This document shows, piece by piece, positions 39,183-50,800 of a stretch of 64,000 bases of DNA. The notes under the pieces are model-generated. The model worked only from the letters and a program-made list of their open reading frames with translations. It was not told the DNA's origin and searched no databases. Every line of letters begins with the position of its first letter. The stretch's first letter is position 1. Source of the stretch: Azolla caroliniana. Its lineage: Eukaryota > Plantae > Polypodiophyta. The stretch is from the NCBI GenBank assembly GCA_043228905.1, contig JBHGNT010000018.1:3596001-3660000 (forward strand), read 5' to 3'. The translations under genes were made by a program, and so were the position numbers.

Positions 39183-41317
39183 TCATTGTATCTTTCCAGG
39201 CATGTTATACATGGTCGTATAATCTGGTTGTTGCTGGATTTGATATGTGGCTTCTGGATACGGAGCTGTGAAAGTAGCCCCTGGCTGCATATAAGGTGTC
39301 GACACAACACTTTGTTGTGTTTGGGGTGGCACCTGAGAATATTGAGGTACTATAGAACTTTGTGCATAGCCATCAGGTGCATAAGTATTGGGCATCCACG
39401 ATGCTGTCTGATTCCCTTGGTTGTTCGTCGTTTGATTAGGTTGAATGTACATTTGAGGAGGATTGGTGGTAGTTGTATTGTTCCAATAGTTATAATTAGC
39501 TGTAGCATCTTGAGAGGTATTGGGATAAGCATTGACTGGTGGCACACTTGCATAGGGGTTTATGTTTGGAGGAGCAGTAACCGAATGGTCATTTTGTGTC
39601 CCATAAGCTGCAATTAACTGAGGAGGGTTCATCATGCTTGGATTTGCAACTGCTTGATTTGGGTTTGCATATTGGTTGGGCAGGCTTGCTCCATTCGAAT
39701 AGGCATTGTAATCTAATTGCATCCAGTAGGGAGCATAATTAAAACACTAAACATGTGAAATGGAAAGGAAAGGAAGAAAATTTATAAGGGATAGATATGT
39801 TAAAAATGAGATCAGGCAATTGAAAGCTGGTATTTAACCAACCAGATCAATTTGACCTATCATCTTGATTCTCCAATATAGTACATTCATTGCAAATGCA
39901 GCAGTATGAAAATATAATCAAGTGAAGAAAAAATGCAACTAGACATGTTAAATGCTAGAGAAGAAAAAATAGAAGACGTAATTTGATAATCATTTAAGCA
40001 GGCACATTCTTACACTAAATTTGAGATCCAGAAAAGAAACCCAGATCTATAGCCCACCAAGTCGATTAGAATCATGCTAAGTCATCTCCAAGAGAGTACC
40101 CTCATTAATTCATTGCAGTTGGTGCTCAATAACAATGACAATACAGAACAAAAGCGAGAGGTTTGAACTAGTTGAAAACCTCTTCTAATGCTCCTCCAAT
40201 CTCTTCTAATGCTTCTAAGAAAATCCTGATTCGATCATAGACATTTAGAAATGCTCTTCCACATACCAATGACTAAACTAAATGCTAGGTCCATCCTTGA
40301 GGCATAGATCAAATGAGGGCAACATGGTCATAAAACACATGACATGATGTATGCATCATCATCCACCCACTGTATCACTCATCCTTATAGATTTGGTTTC
40401 GCTACAAGCATGACAAGATGGGGGCAAGAGTGGGTGTGAAAATTGAACTCACCTACTGTAGGGGCTGGTGCTTGAGCCATAGCAGCTGCTGGATAGGATC
40501 CTCCTGCTCCTCCCCAAGTGTTATTGTTCTGCGCTTCTTCAGCACCATGCAAGAAATTGCATCGATCTCCATAAGGGCAGTTCCCGCTCATAAAGTAGCG
40601 GCAGGGTCGGGTCTTGGGGCGAGGCATAACAGTTGAAGAAGGTGTTGGCGTTGTTGTCGATGATGTGATTACGCTCTCCCATCCTGGAGATGGTTTCCTC
40701 AGATCTTCCATCCCATGAGCAAAGTGGCACCTCTCGTTGAATGTGCATGCCCCGATCTTGAATTTGGTGCAGAGCTTGGTCTTGTAGAAGAGTCCGCTGT
40801 TGGCTTTAGCAGAGCCAGGTGCAAAGCTCCCCCCACCATAACCATAGCTCTGTTGATACCCTGTCGATGTTGGTTGTTGTGGAAGGGCTCCTCCATATAT
40901 ACCAGGGGCTGGGGCAAGGGCTGGGGCTGGGGCTGGGGCTTGAATTAGGGTATGGCTTGCAGTAGAAGCTTCAGTTGTTGGATAAGAAGCAGCCAGACCT
41001 GGAGGAGCTTCCCCATAGCCAGGAGTAACAGAGGAATTGATTAGCGTATCATTCCTTACCTTCTTGAGAGGGGGTTCAGAGACAGCATTTGCATCTGCGG
41101 AGGAGGAATCACTCCATCGAGACAACTTCGTGGAAGCAGCAGCAGCAGCAGCAGCAGCAGCAGTGGCAATGGTAGGGTTAGGGGCATCTGCGAGAACAGA
41201 TGACGAAGACGGTGTTGAGAATGATGGAGCAGGAGCAGGAGCAGGAGCAGGAGAGGGTTTGTCTGCAACAGCAGCAGCAGGGGCCTCGACGGTGGCAGAG
41301 GCAGCGACAGACGCCAT
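39183..41317 (-). CDS. CCCH zinc-finger protein (AtC3H12/C3H28-like fingers) with a Q/N/P/Y-rich C-terminus. Exons 41317-40453 and 39712-39183
   Basis: Fingers FYKTKLCTKFKIGACTFNERCHFAHG and KTRPCRYFMSGNCPYGDRCNFLHG. Donor G|GTGAGT and acceptor TTAG|AT join in phase (..PTV-D-YNAY..). Confidence 0.85.
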
Positions 41318-41397
41318 AGCTCTGCTCTGCTCTTCTGTTCTGTTCTGTCTCTGTCTCTGTGTTTTCTTTCTGTCTGTCTGTCGTTCCTTCCTTACCC

Positions 41398-41570
41398 TCT
41401 TCTTCTTCTTCTTCTTCTTCTTCTTCTTTTTCTTCTCCTCCTTCTTGATCCTGTTTTAACTGCTTCCTTTTCTTCTTCTTCTTCTTCTTCTTCTTTCTTC
41501 TTCTTCTCATGGGCAAAATAAGAAGAAGAAAGAAGAAAGAAGAAGAAGAAGAAGAAGATGATGATGATGA
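41398..41570. repeat. (TTC)n / (GAA)n microsatellites in the CCCH gene leader
   Basis: Directly visible. Confidence 0.9.
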
Positions 41571-43409
41571 GCACAAAACATAATAATATGTACATAGATT
41601 TGATACATAGACATGGATAATGCTTCCACACTACACCATTTCCAAGCTTTCATGGAAACTCCTCTCTTCTCTCACTCTGCGTATGTGTGCGCGTGTGCGC
41701 GCGTGTTCTCATGTGTGTGTGCATGTGCATGTGCATGTGTGTGTGCGGGTGCGGGTGCAGGTGTGCGTGTGCGTGTGCATGTGTGTGTGAACTCGCTATC
41801 ATCGGGGCTCTCATGCCTGCTGACAAATTGTGTTCCGAGTTGGGCTCCTCATCGGACTTGCGTCCTGATCACAATTCTTTATCAACAATACTTGCAATCC
41901 TCTGTTCACGGCTGTAAAATAAAGATAAAAGGAGACGATTGAAGTTCCATCCTCCCACTTAACATACGTAGGCGTCTATGAATATAATTACACACAAGAG
42001 GTCAAAGCAAAACTTCTAGGTCCAACAAATGGTTAACTTGATGCTTGGGGCCAATGAAAAAACAAGCCCCAAATTTGAACCTAATGTGATTGTGAGGTGG
42101 TTGGTGACACCTCGGGGTTCAAAACAAGATGGATGATGTGTTTGCGTGTAATGCAAATTAGGTGAACCTATTTAAGAGATGTGGTCTCTGGTAGAAACCC
42201 CAATAGCTTGTTTTGACGAGTGTATGTGATCGTAGGGCTAGAGGTATGCCATTTTTAATTGGCATCTACTTGCTCATACAATCACACAACAAGTTCAAGA
42301 CTCTTTATCCCAATGGCATTCCCATTTATGAACACTACAAATATCTATCTTCTTCTTCTTTTGTAAATGTATCCATGTTATTAAAACAAGATGATAATAC
42401 AACCCTTCCTATCTCCACTACGTCATTAGTAGCGATATGGCAAGGTAAACCCTCTCAAGTGTTGTAATACTAGATGACATATCTCTACCTCATCTTGGGA
42501 CAACGTTCCCATCCAACATAGTTGCAAAATTTGCCAAATCAACTTCTCTTTCATCCACAAAGATGGCATTGTCAAGAAAGGGTTACATGAGATGAAGCCA
42601 TTCGTGGAAATATCTTCATGCAAAACCATTGGAGATTTGTTTCTAAAGAAATACTCTGGAGAAAACCTTCACATAATTTCACAATCATGGAAATTCTTCG
42701 ACGAACACCTTTGCTTAATTTCGTGCTAATGGAAATCCCACAAGGAAAGCCTTCAAGAAAAAGGCTGTTCAAAGTCATTCCATGATTGAATCAACTGAAG
42801 TTCTTGTGCAGGCTTGTCACATAGAGGTAGGTGATTAAGTAATGGACCCATAAATGTCTTTGCGTATGTTCGGGTTGATTGACTGAAAGATTCCAGTATG
42901 TTGGTCTAAGGGGTAAACACAATTCATCGGCAATGTTTAGATGCATGTAGCACAGATTTGTTCAAGTTTGGATTGAACGAAAGAATCCTGTATGTTGGAC
43001 TCAGAATGATGTGGAAGCGGTACTTAATACTACCAACAAATGAATGTATGTGTTACGCACAAATCATGTCCTTATATTTTTGTTAAGGAGACGAGAACTT
43101 GAGAATTACCAAACATCACACAAAAAATCAGGGCAGTGTTTTCTTAATACTCGGGAACCATAATTGATCCTCAAATATGAGAAACTTCTCTACATTAAGA
43201 CCTCGCTGGATAGCACAATTACACTGCAAGCATTTCGGCAACGGCCTTAGGGGGGGCCTCAACAAGGAACATAATCAATGAACTTCATTAGTTCAAAAAA
43301 GACTGGCCCCAGAAGCAGCACATGAATTTGGCCCACCTTTTACTATTTGATTATGTACATGTAGCAATTTAAATTTAACTATCCGTCATTGGTCTTTCTG
43401 AATAGCTAG

Positions 43410-45473
43410 CTACTCATAATTATCCGATAGCTTAGAATGTTTCATGCGCATCGGCATCAAATGGAATGGAGAAGGTGTTTCCAATTTTCTCCGTTGGCTG
43501 TCACCGACAGATGACGAATTCACATTTGTCCGTTTTCTACATTGCAAAGGAAATAACTTGTGTGGGTCACATTTATACATCTCCGACAAACCGAAAGAAT
43601 TAGAGCTTCCTTTGTCTACCCTGCTTGGAAACTCATTACCACATGCTAGTTTCTCATTGGTTTCAATCTCTATACTTTTTCTGTGCTGAAGAAATCTGGC
43701 TAGTGAAGCAATGTCTTGTGATGTCGACCCGGCAGCATGCTTTTGTATATGCAGAAGCAAATCACTGCATAGCTTCCGCAGGCAAGTAAGTTCCGATTCG
43801 AGCAACATATTTGCTTTCTTCAATCTCTCTACTTCTTCAAGAACATGAAACCCTGAGTTTCCATGTGATGTCAGAGGAGACGAGCTCGAAGAGATGGTTT
43901 GTTCATCCACTGAGTTGGATGGTGAGACTTGATCCTTGGGTGATGAACCAACATTAGCACTACACAATTTCTGTGACAATCCCACTGTTTTGCGTCTCTG
44001 GATGTCAAGAAGCAAATGCTTCCCTCCCCTTGTAAATGAATCGTTCGCAAACTCCCACCTATCTGGAGCAATTTTCCGAAAACCCTGCCACAAAACATAT
44101 TGCCAATTATTTTAAAACACTAATGTTCTTTCCAGTACCATGATCAATACATAGAATTCCTAGGACATATCAAGAAAACTAGGCTTTTATGCCATTACTG
44201 ATCAAAATGGAGTCAAACGCTTTTTCGTCGGTTATACAATTTTTGTATGCTTACCAAAATAAAGGTACAAGGATTATTTGGATTTGGATTCAACAAAACT
44301 TTTTGGCCACTCTGTAGTTTTGGCTGTATTTAGTCATATGCTACATTTGCACTTTATGATATAGATTTCCGAAAATCTACAGCTCTTACATGTTAACAGC
44401 TACAGATCCTAAGAGCTTATCACACGATAAGGTTCACTAAACCATCCCATATCTCCCCCTCAAATCACAAGATTTGCTTGATTCTATTGCAAACAAAACA
44501 AACTATAATCAATCATGTCATTGTTCTCCTTCAACCAGATCATAAAGAACCCTTTACCAGATTGTAACACTTTAGATGGGAATTTATTTACAGTGCTAGG
44601 GTGAATAGTGCACCATTCAAATATTTAAACTTTTCATCAGTTGGAACTATAAAGGGCATAAAATTCAACAAAATATACACGGCTACTACTAATTCCAATA
44701 AATAAGCAGGGGATTTTTCACAATTTCCTGTTAAGGTGCGTATGGAAATGGGAGGAAAACCAATCACTGCATGAACAATTCCCCAAACATATGAGGGACA
44801 AAATCTCTGATTTAATCCTATATTCACTTCTTGTAACAATGTCAAAGAATTTTAATGCAAAAGGAAAGATGAGCATGTATAAGCGTTTAATGATGGAGAA
44901 CGAAGGAAAGATCATAGTTGACTAGTGTCCACTCACGTAAGTGTTAAGCTGGCGGACAAAACTTGAGAAGTTGTTATGCTTGAAGTATTTGGGGAGAACA
45001 TCTTTAGCAAGAGATGAAGGGTTCCACACCACGAAGGTGCTTCCATCATCACCCCATGAGATCACGGTATCAGTCGCTGGATCATCCACCAATTCATATG
45101 TCTTGCTGAGGAACGGAGCCGGAATTGCCCGATGATGCTGTTCTACGGCCATAGTTGCTTCTTCAAGGGGATTGGCAGCATCAGGAATTTCTCCATAATT
45201 AGCAAGATTTCTCGATGCAACGCTGTAATTAGGGTTTCTTGATGCATCCTCAGGCATCTGGCTGTAGCTAGGATTCCTAGCCTGATCGGGATTTCCTGAT
45301 CTATATTCTTCCGCAACGAAAGAAGGTTTCCGGTCTTCCACAAACCCGGAGCTCTCTTCTTTCTTCAATAGAATGGCTGCAGCAGGCTGCACATAATGCG
45401 ATGATCTGAAGATCGAGAGCTCGTGACCTCTGATCTTCTTCTCGGAATGAGAAGGGGCGATGGAGGGATCCAT
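43410..45473 (-). CDS. Class B heat-shock transcription factor. Exons 45473-44937 and 44084-43410
   Basis: [35 protein letters not shown]|[14 protein letters not shown] has the intron at the conserved plant HSF position. HR-A/B is compact ([24 protein letters not shown]), there is no AHA motif, and basic RKR/RRK stretches are present. Confidence 0.93.
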
Positions 45474-45540
45474 TTCATAGCAGCGTCAGGAGATTGGAGG
45501 GAACGGAAGGCGATGGATCAGACAGATGTAAGTCTAGGGT

Positions 45541-45612
45541 TTAGTCTACAGGGATGGAGCAGAAGCTTCTGTGGTCTGAAAAGGCAGGCGAGAAAGGGAG
45601 GAAGGAAGACAT
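45541..45612 (-). promoter_or_regulatory. Candidate uORF of the HSF-B gene (MSSFLPFSPAFSDHRSFCSIPVD*)
   Basis: ATG at 45612 to TAA at 45541, ending 67 nt before the main ATG, in a CT-rich leader. The TSS is not known. Confidence 0.45.
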
Positions 45613-45732
45613 GGCGGCTTCTAGAACCTAAAGAAAGAAAAGAAAGAAAAGAAGAAGAAGAAAGAAAAAGAAGAAGAAGAAGAAGAAGAAGAAGAAGAAG
45701 AAAGAAAGAAAGAACGAAGGAATTTGGTGTGT

Positions 45733-45745
45733 TTCTAGAAGCTTC
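45733..45745. promoter_or_regulatory. Perfect three-unit heat-shock element upstream of the HSF-B gene
   Basis: TTCtaGAAgcTTC, with further dyads TTCtaGAA (45619) and GAAgcTTC (45562). Confidence 0.6.
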
Positions 45746-45865
45746 CTCGGGTCTTGACGGACGAGACGGCGATTTCTCTCCCTTTATTCTCTCTCTCTCT
45801 CTCTCTCTCTCAATAACAAAAATATCTCTCCAGAAAGCTTTTCGCTCACACTCTTTTTTCCGGAT

Positions 45866-45968
45866 GGCCTGTCCGGACACCGCGCGTTGTCTCCCGGACA
45901 CTTTGCCCGGACACCGCATTGTCCGCCGGACACTTTGCCCGGACACCGCGTTGTCCGCGTCCGAACAC
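45866..45968. repeat. GC-rich CCGGACAC minisatellite in the HSF upstream region
   Basis: CCGGACACTTTGCCCGGACACCGC(A/G)TTGTCCG occurs twice, plus partial units. Confidence 0.75.
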
Positions 45969-47811
45969 CCCGAGATGAAACGCATATGTCGATCGCCCGA
46001 TGCCTCTTTTCTGCGGCTACTGCTTCGTCCTTACTGCTCACATTTGCGTGCCAAATCCCGAGCGCGGCTCCATGCGCATAATTAACCATCGGGGTAAATC
46101 GCTGTCTCGAGGGATAGTGAATCGTTGCCACCCGATTAAGAGAATCTCTACTCGATCTTCGATCGACCGATGTGTTTTTCGGCATGGCCAACATATCCTA
46201 GCCCCACAATTGTCGCAAACCATCCAATGTTGGGTTGCATTGTCTGATCTGATCACTACTCTCAAATTGTCATCGTGCATTCAAGTTGTAAGTGCAGAAT
46301 GGATTCCCAACGGATGTGTGTGCATGTGTGTGTCTTCGAGTTTAATCATGTTATTTGGCAAAGTCTTCCTGGAACCTAGGCTTGTATGTTGTCATCTTTG
46401 CTTGATTTTATCTTTCTTCATTTTTGAATAATGGTCACCTTTTCTATTCATAAGAAACTGATGAACATGTTGTCTATCCCTATCCCTCGTATGAAAGAAT
46501 TTTGCCTACATATTTATTTCCCTTATCCTTTTGAATTCACAATTAACTTGTTTATACTAATTCCTCTTTGCATCATTCCCCCGTGTATATACATTAATTC
46601 ATAATTCATCAATACACACTTATAAAATGGCACTTTAAATGCATAAAGCAACATCGTGCATCATCTCTTGTTCAAATACTTGTACACAAGACATCCTTGC
46701 TATTTATTATTAAGAGAAATTTTTTGAAACTGCCTTGAGTTTTTCCATATCTCCTTAAATGATCATGCTTTTACCTTATTTCCCCATGACACATTGCTCA
46801 ATTGAAAAAATAAAGATGCATTGACCATATAATTCCTCTCAAGAGGTTGACTCCAACCATTATAGGGAATCATAGCGGGAACTTTGGGGCATCTAAATAT
46901 AAAGAAAATTTGAGGGTATTTTGTAGTTTTCTCTATTATTGGCAATTTGGTAAAGTTGGGTTGGCATTTCGGTATGGTAGGGTCCAGGACTCCAGACCAA
47001 TAATATTCTGAATCTACCAACTAATTACAAAACCAATTCTTGGCATATCATTGTGGATCTTATTTAAGGAATGACAAATGACGTGTAAAGCAAAGCAAAG
47101 TTAAACACAATCAAAGCGTTTTGGATATTTGGAGATCATAGTATTCTTATTTTTCTTTCCTTCATTCATCAAATTCGTACGATAATCTTTGAAGTAAGTT
47201 TGCCATGCGATGGAAGACTTAAACTAATGAGGTTATTTTAGAATATGTGTTTCTCTGATAAAAGTTTTCATATGGATATTGGATTCCTCAAAATTAACAT
47301 TGGGGTACAATAGGGTGAAGACAAACATAACTCATGTGTCGAGGTACAAACTTATGAAATGCATCAAGTACACGGTAGTTGGCTATTACAACCAACTCTT
47401 TCCGAAAAAAGAGTTTGCAAACATTGCATGGAGGATGGTATACCAAACATGGTTCAATTCCTACTAGTCATTGAAGATTTATGAGGTTTCTTGTGTGTGG
47501 ATTGTATTGTACTTGTTTCTTGATAGTAAATTGAATGCATAAATACTTTGCGGTGGTTGTGAACTAAATCGAGTGCTTATATGTAAGATCATATTTATAA
47601 TGATATTAAGATTGTTTGTAGGTTGAGCATGTTCCTTACTTGGTAGAAGATTTAGCTTTTAGTAGTCGTTCTAAATAAAACATGTGTGCAATAACTAATA
47701 TTTTTAAAAAAAGGATGATAATGTCAAGAATAGTACTAAAACAAAGAGAGAATTAGTACTAGAGAAGGGAAGTACTATTAGTACTAAGAGGATGGGATTG
47801 TGTAAGACTTC

Positions 47812-50800
47812 CGAGAGAGAGAAAGAGAGAAGAGGAGAGAGAGAGAGAGAGAAAGAAAGAAAGAAAGAAAGATGTATTAACGTCTTCTAAGGCCAAATTT
47901 GGCCCATGAGACAATTGGTTGACAACAATAGAGTATTTATCCAGTCATCATAACTAAAAATAAAATTAAGTAAAAAAAAATAGAACTTAAACTAAAAGAG
48001 TTCTAGTAGTGTACAATATGTAGTATACTCGAAAGTGACTATACACTAAGCCTAATTTTATTTCCACCCAAGCCTCTCGAAAAGAAGTGGGGGGTCAAAG
48101 GGTCTTGATGTGGGTTCCAATGTAGAGAGTGCCCTAGCCATGGCTTCTAGGCGGTGTAGCTCACGTTCCCTTATTTTCAATATTGCTTCCACATCACGTT
48201 GAGTTGCTTTGAAACCCGGCACCCGAGGACGTCTGGTTCTTCTCTGGTTTTCTGCCTCATCAATGGAAAGGCTGAGTGGTGCAAGTGTGTCGGCATTCGT
48301 TGTCTCCTCAGGTTCCTGAAAAACTGCATTTGTTACATGTTCGTGATCATTAGCAACATTATTGTCAACATTTTGTAATTTATTCTCTCTGTGTTGTTTT
48401 AGCTCTAGAATGTATTTGCCTAATTTCTTTATATCTAGAGTATCTAATAGTTTGGGGAGGGTGGGAGACGGACCAAGTATGTCTTGGTATTTTGCCCTTA
48501 TCTCGGCATAGGTTGGACACTTGCATGTAAAGTGGTACTCATCCTCTATCTCTATGTGACATAACCTACATATCCTTTCCTCCCTAGGGACTCCACTAGT
48601 ACGGCCATTTTCAATCTCAAGTTGGTGAGATGATATTCTAAGTTGTCCAATGGAAACCCTTAGTGCATGTGGTAAGAATACATCTAGATATTTTGGCCGC
48701 GTGATAAAACCTAACTCAGAGAAGTGCATGAAGTGTTTCTTATAGTACGACATTTTAGATGGGAGTGGCTCTAGTGGGGTGATCCATTTACACCGAGTGT
48801 AAATTTGCCATATTTCTTGGCGTATTACTTTATTGTGGTTCTCATGAGAGATTAAGGTGTTATCACTCGTGTGGTTGTACCTAAGGGGAGGTAGGTTATT
48901 AATGTCTAGACCATTCGCAAGAAGCCAAGTCACCATCATGCCATACCATGAGCTAGTATAGCCGGACTCATACAATGATCGAGAGGCCTTAAAGGCTTGA
49001 TGAGATATTCTATCATGTGGTTGGCTATGTATCCTATCAATAAAGACTACAAGTTGAAAAAGTGCCTCTACTAGCATTGGGGGTAACGTGAACTCGGCCC
49101 TAATAATGTCATGTGGTACAGTCGATTTGCTTCAGAGTTGGCGTGATAGCATCATCACCAATGGTCTCTCTAATTGCGTCCACATGAAGGATGGTAATCC
49201 TGGAGCTCAAACCGCTGATGCATACATGAGGGAGGGGGTCACTAATGAGTCAAAGAGCCACCCTTTAGTCCGTGGCTCTTGAAAGTGTGCTTGGTGGCAT
49301 TGTCCCTCTAGGAGTGAGAGGGATGCATGTCCTCTCGTGAGTCTATCCTTTGCTGCCTATGTCATCGAAAATTTACCCGAGCGGGCACTAAAAGTGACTC
49401 CGAGATATACGTACGATCCAACCACCTCGACTGGGCTATGGGAGATAGTTAGGTGACACTTAGCTCTAACTTGGGCCGATGTGTGGAAGATAAGGACTTT
49501 CGTTTTCCCTAGATTCACTACCAATCCTCGTTGTACACAAAAGTCATCTAAGGCATTGAGGTGCCTCTGTAGGTCGTGTTCGGATTCAGAGAGCAAAACT
49601 ATGTCATCCGCATAGAGCAAGATACGAACCTGCGTATCCCCAAGGACCACTCCGGTGCCTCCCTCACGAACAATAAAATCTGTGATCTCATCAATGTAGA
49701 TCCCAAAAAGCGTCGGTGATAGGGGGCAACCTTGTTTTACACCAATAGTGCTAGTGAAACGATTGGATAGGCCACCTGGGCATCGGACACACCCGAACAC
49801 TTGTTCATATAGTGCGTAGATGGCCCATACCATATCATCTGGTATCCTCAAGCTTTTAAGTCTATCAGACAACCGATCTCTAGGGACTGTGTCAAAGGCT
49901 TTGCGGAAGTCCACAAAACAACAATATAATCTCTTCTTGCGAGCCCTAGTTTGGTCAATTAGGCATCTAAGTGTGAAGATGTGATCAATAGTGGAGAAGG
50001 CTCGTCTAAAGCCAGCTTGTTCAGGTGCACGAAGGTTTAGGGTCTCCATGTAGTCGCTAAGCTCTGCTTCCATTACTGCACCATATAACTTAGCAAGGGT
50101 ATGGCCTATCATAATGGTCCTATATGTATTTGGGTCCATGGGGTCCCCCCCTTTATGTATGGGGGTCACTGTATTCATAGTCCACTGTGGTGGAAAACCC
50201 TCCGCAAGGGCACGATTGAAGATTAGAGTTAGCAAGGGAGCTAGGCACTCTCTCGCATATATAATGTGTTCTGCTCGCAATCCTGTGTGATCCATGGACT
50301 TCCTATGTTGTAATTTCTTTATGACCTTCATGACCCTAGAGGTCGTGAAAAGTGTCCCCGTGGTAGGCCGGGGTGTGGAAGGCATTGGAAAAGGTGGTTG
50401 GTTTGGGATTTGGTAAAGTCTCTCTGTATATGTGTGCCAAGTTTCGGGATCTTCGATGGGTGTTTGTGGTCTTGGCTCCCGTAGTCTCTTCCATGTCGTG
50501 GCGCAATCGCTACTCATGAGCATATGGTAGAGTTCCCAGTATTGGGATGCCTCCCACGCTCGTCTCTTACGACGTGTCATCTTATGCATTTCTTTGCGAG
50601 CTTGTGTGGAGGTAATACTACCATTGAGTTGCGATACTGTAAGTTGTCTATGTAGGTCCCTACAATCCTCGTCATACCATTTATTTTGTGGCATTGATCC
50701 TAATCTACCTTGATTTGAGTGTTTTGTATATGGGAAACTGCTAGCTGCTACGGAGTGAAGGATGTGTGTGAGTTTTGTACTAAGGCTTTCTAATGGTAGA

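Noticed and set aside
29726-45473. Functional stress/proteostasis gene cluster (RING E3, CCCH, HSF)
   Set aside because: Adjacency of three common regulatory families is not evidence without synteny or co-expression.
45423-46431. Long ORFs upstream of HSF (220, 155 and 143 aa)
   Set aside because: They are driven by (GAA)n microsatellites and the GC-rich minisatellite, with no recognisable domain.
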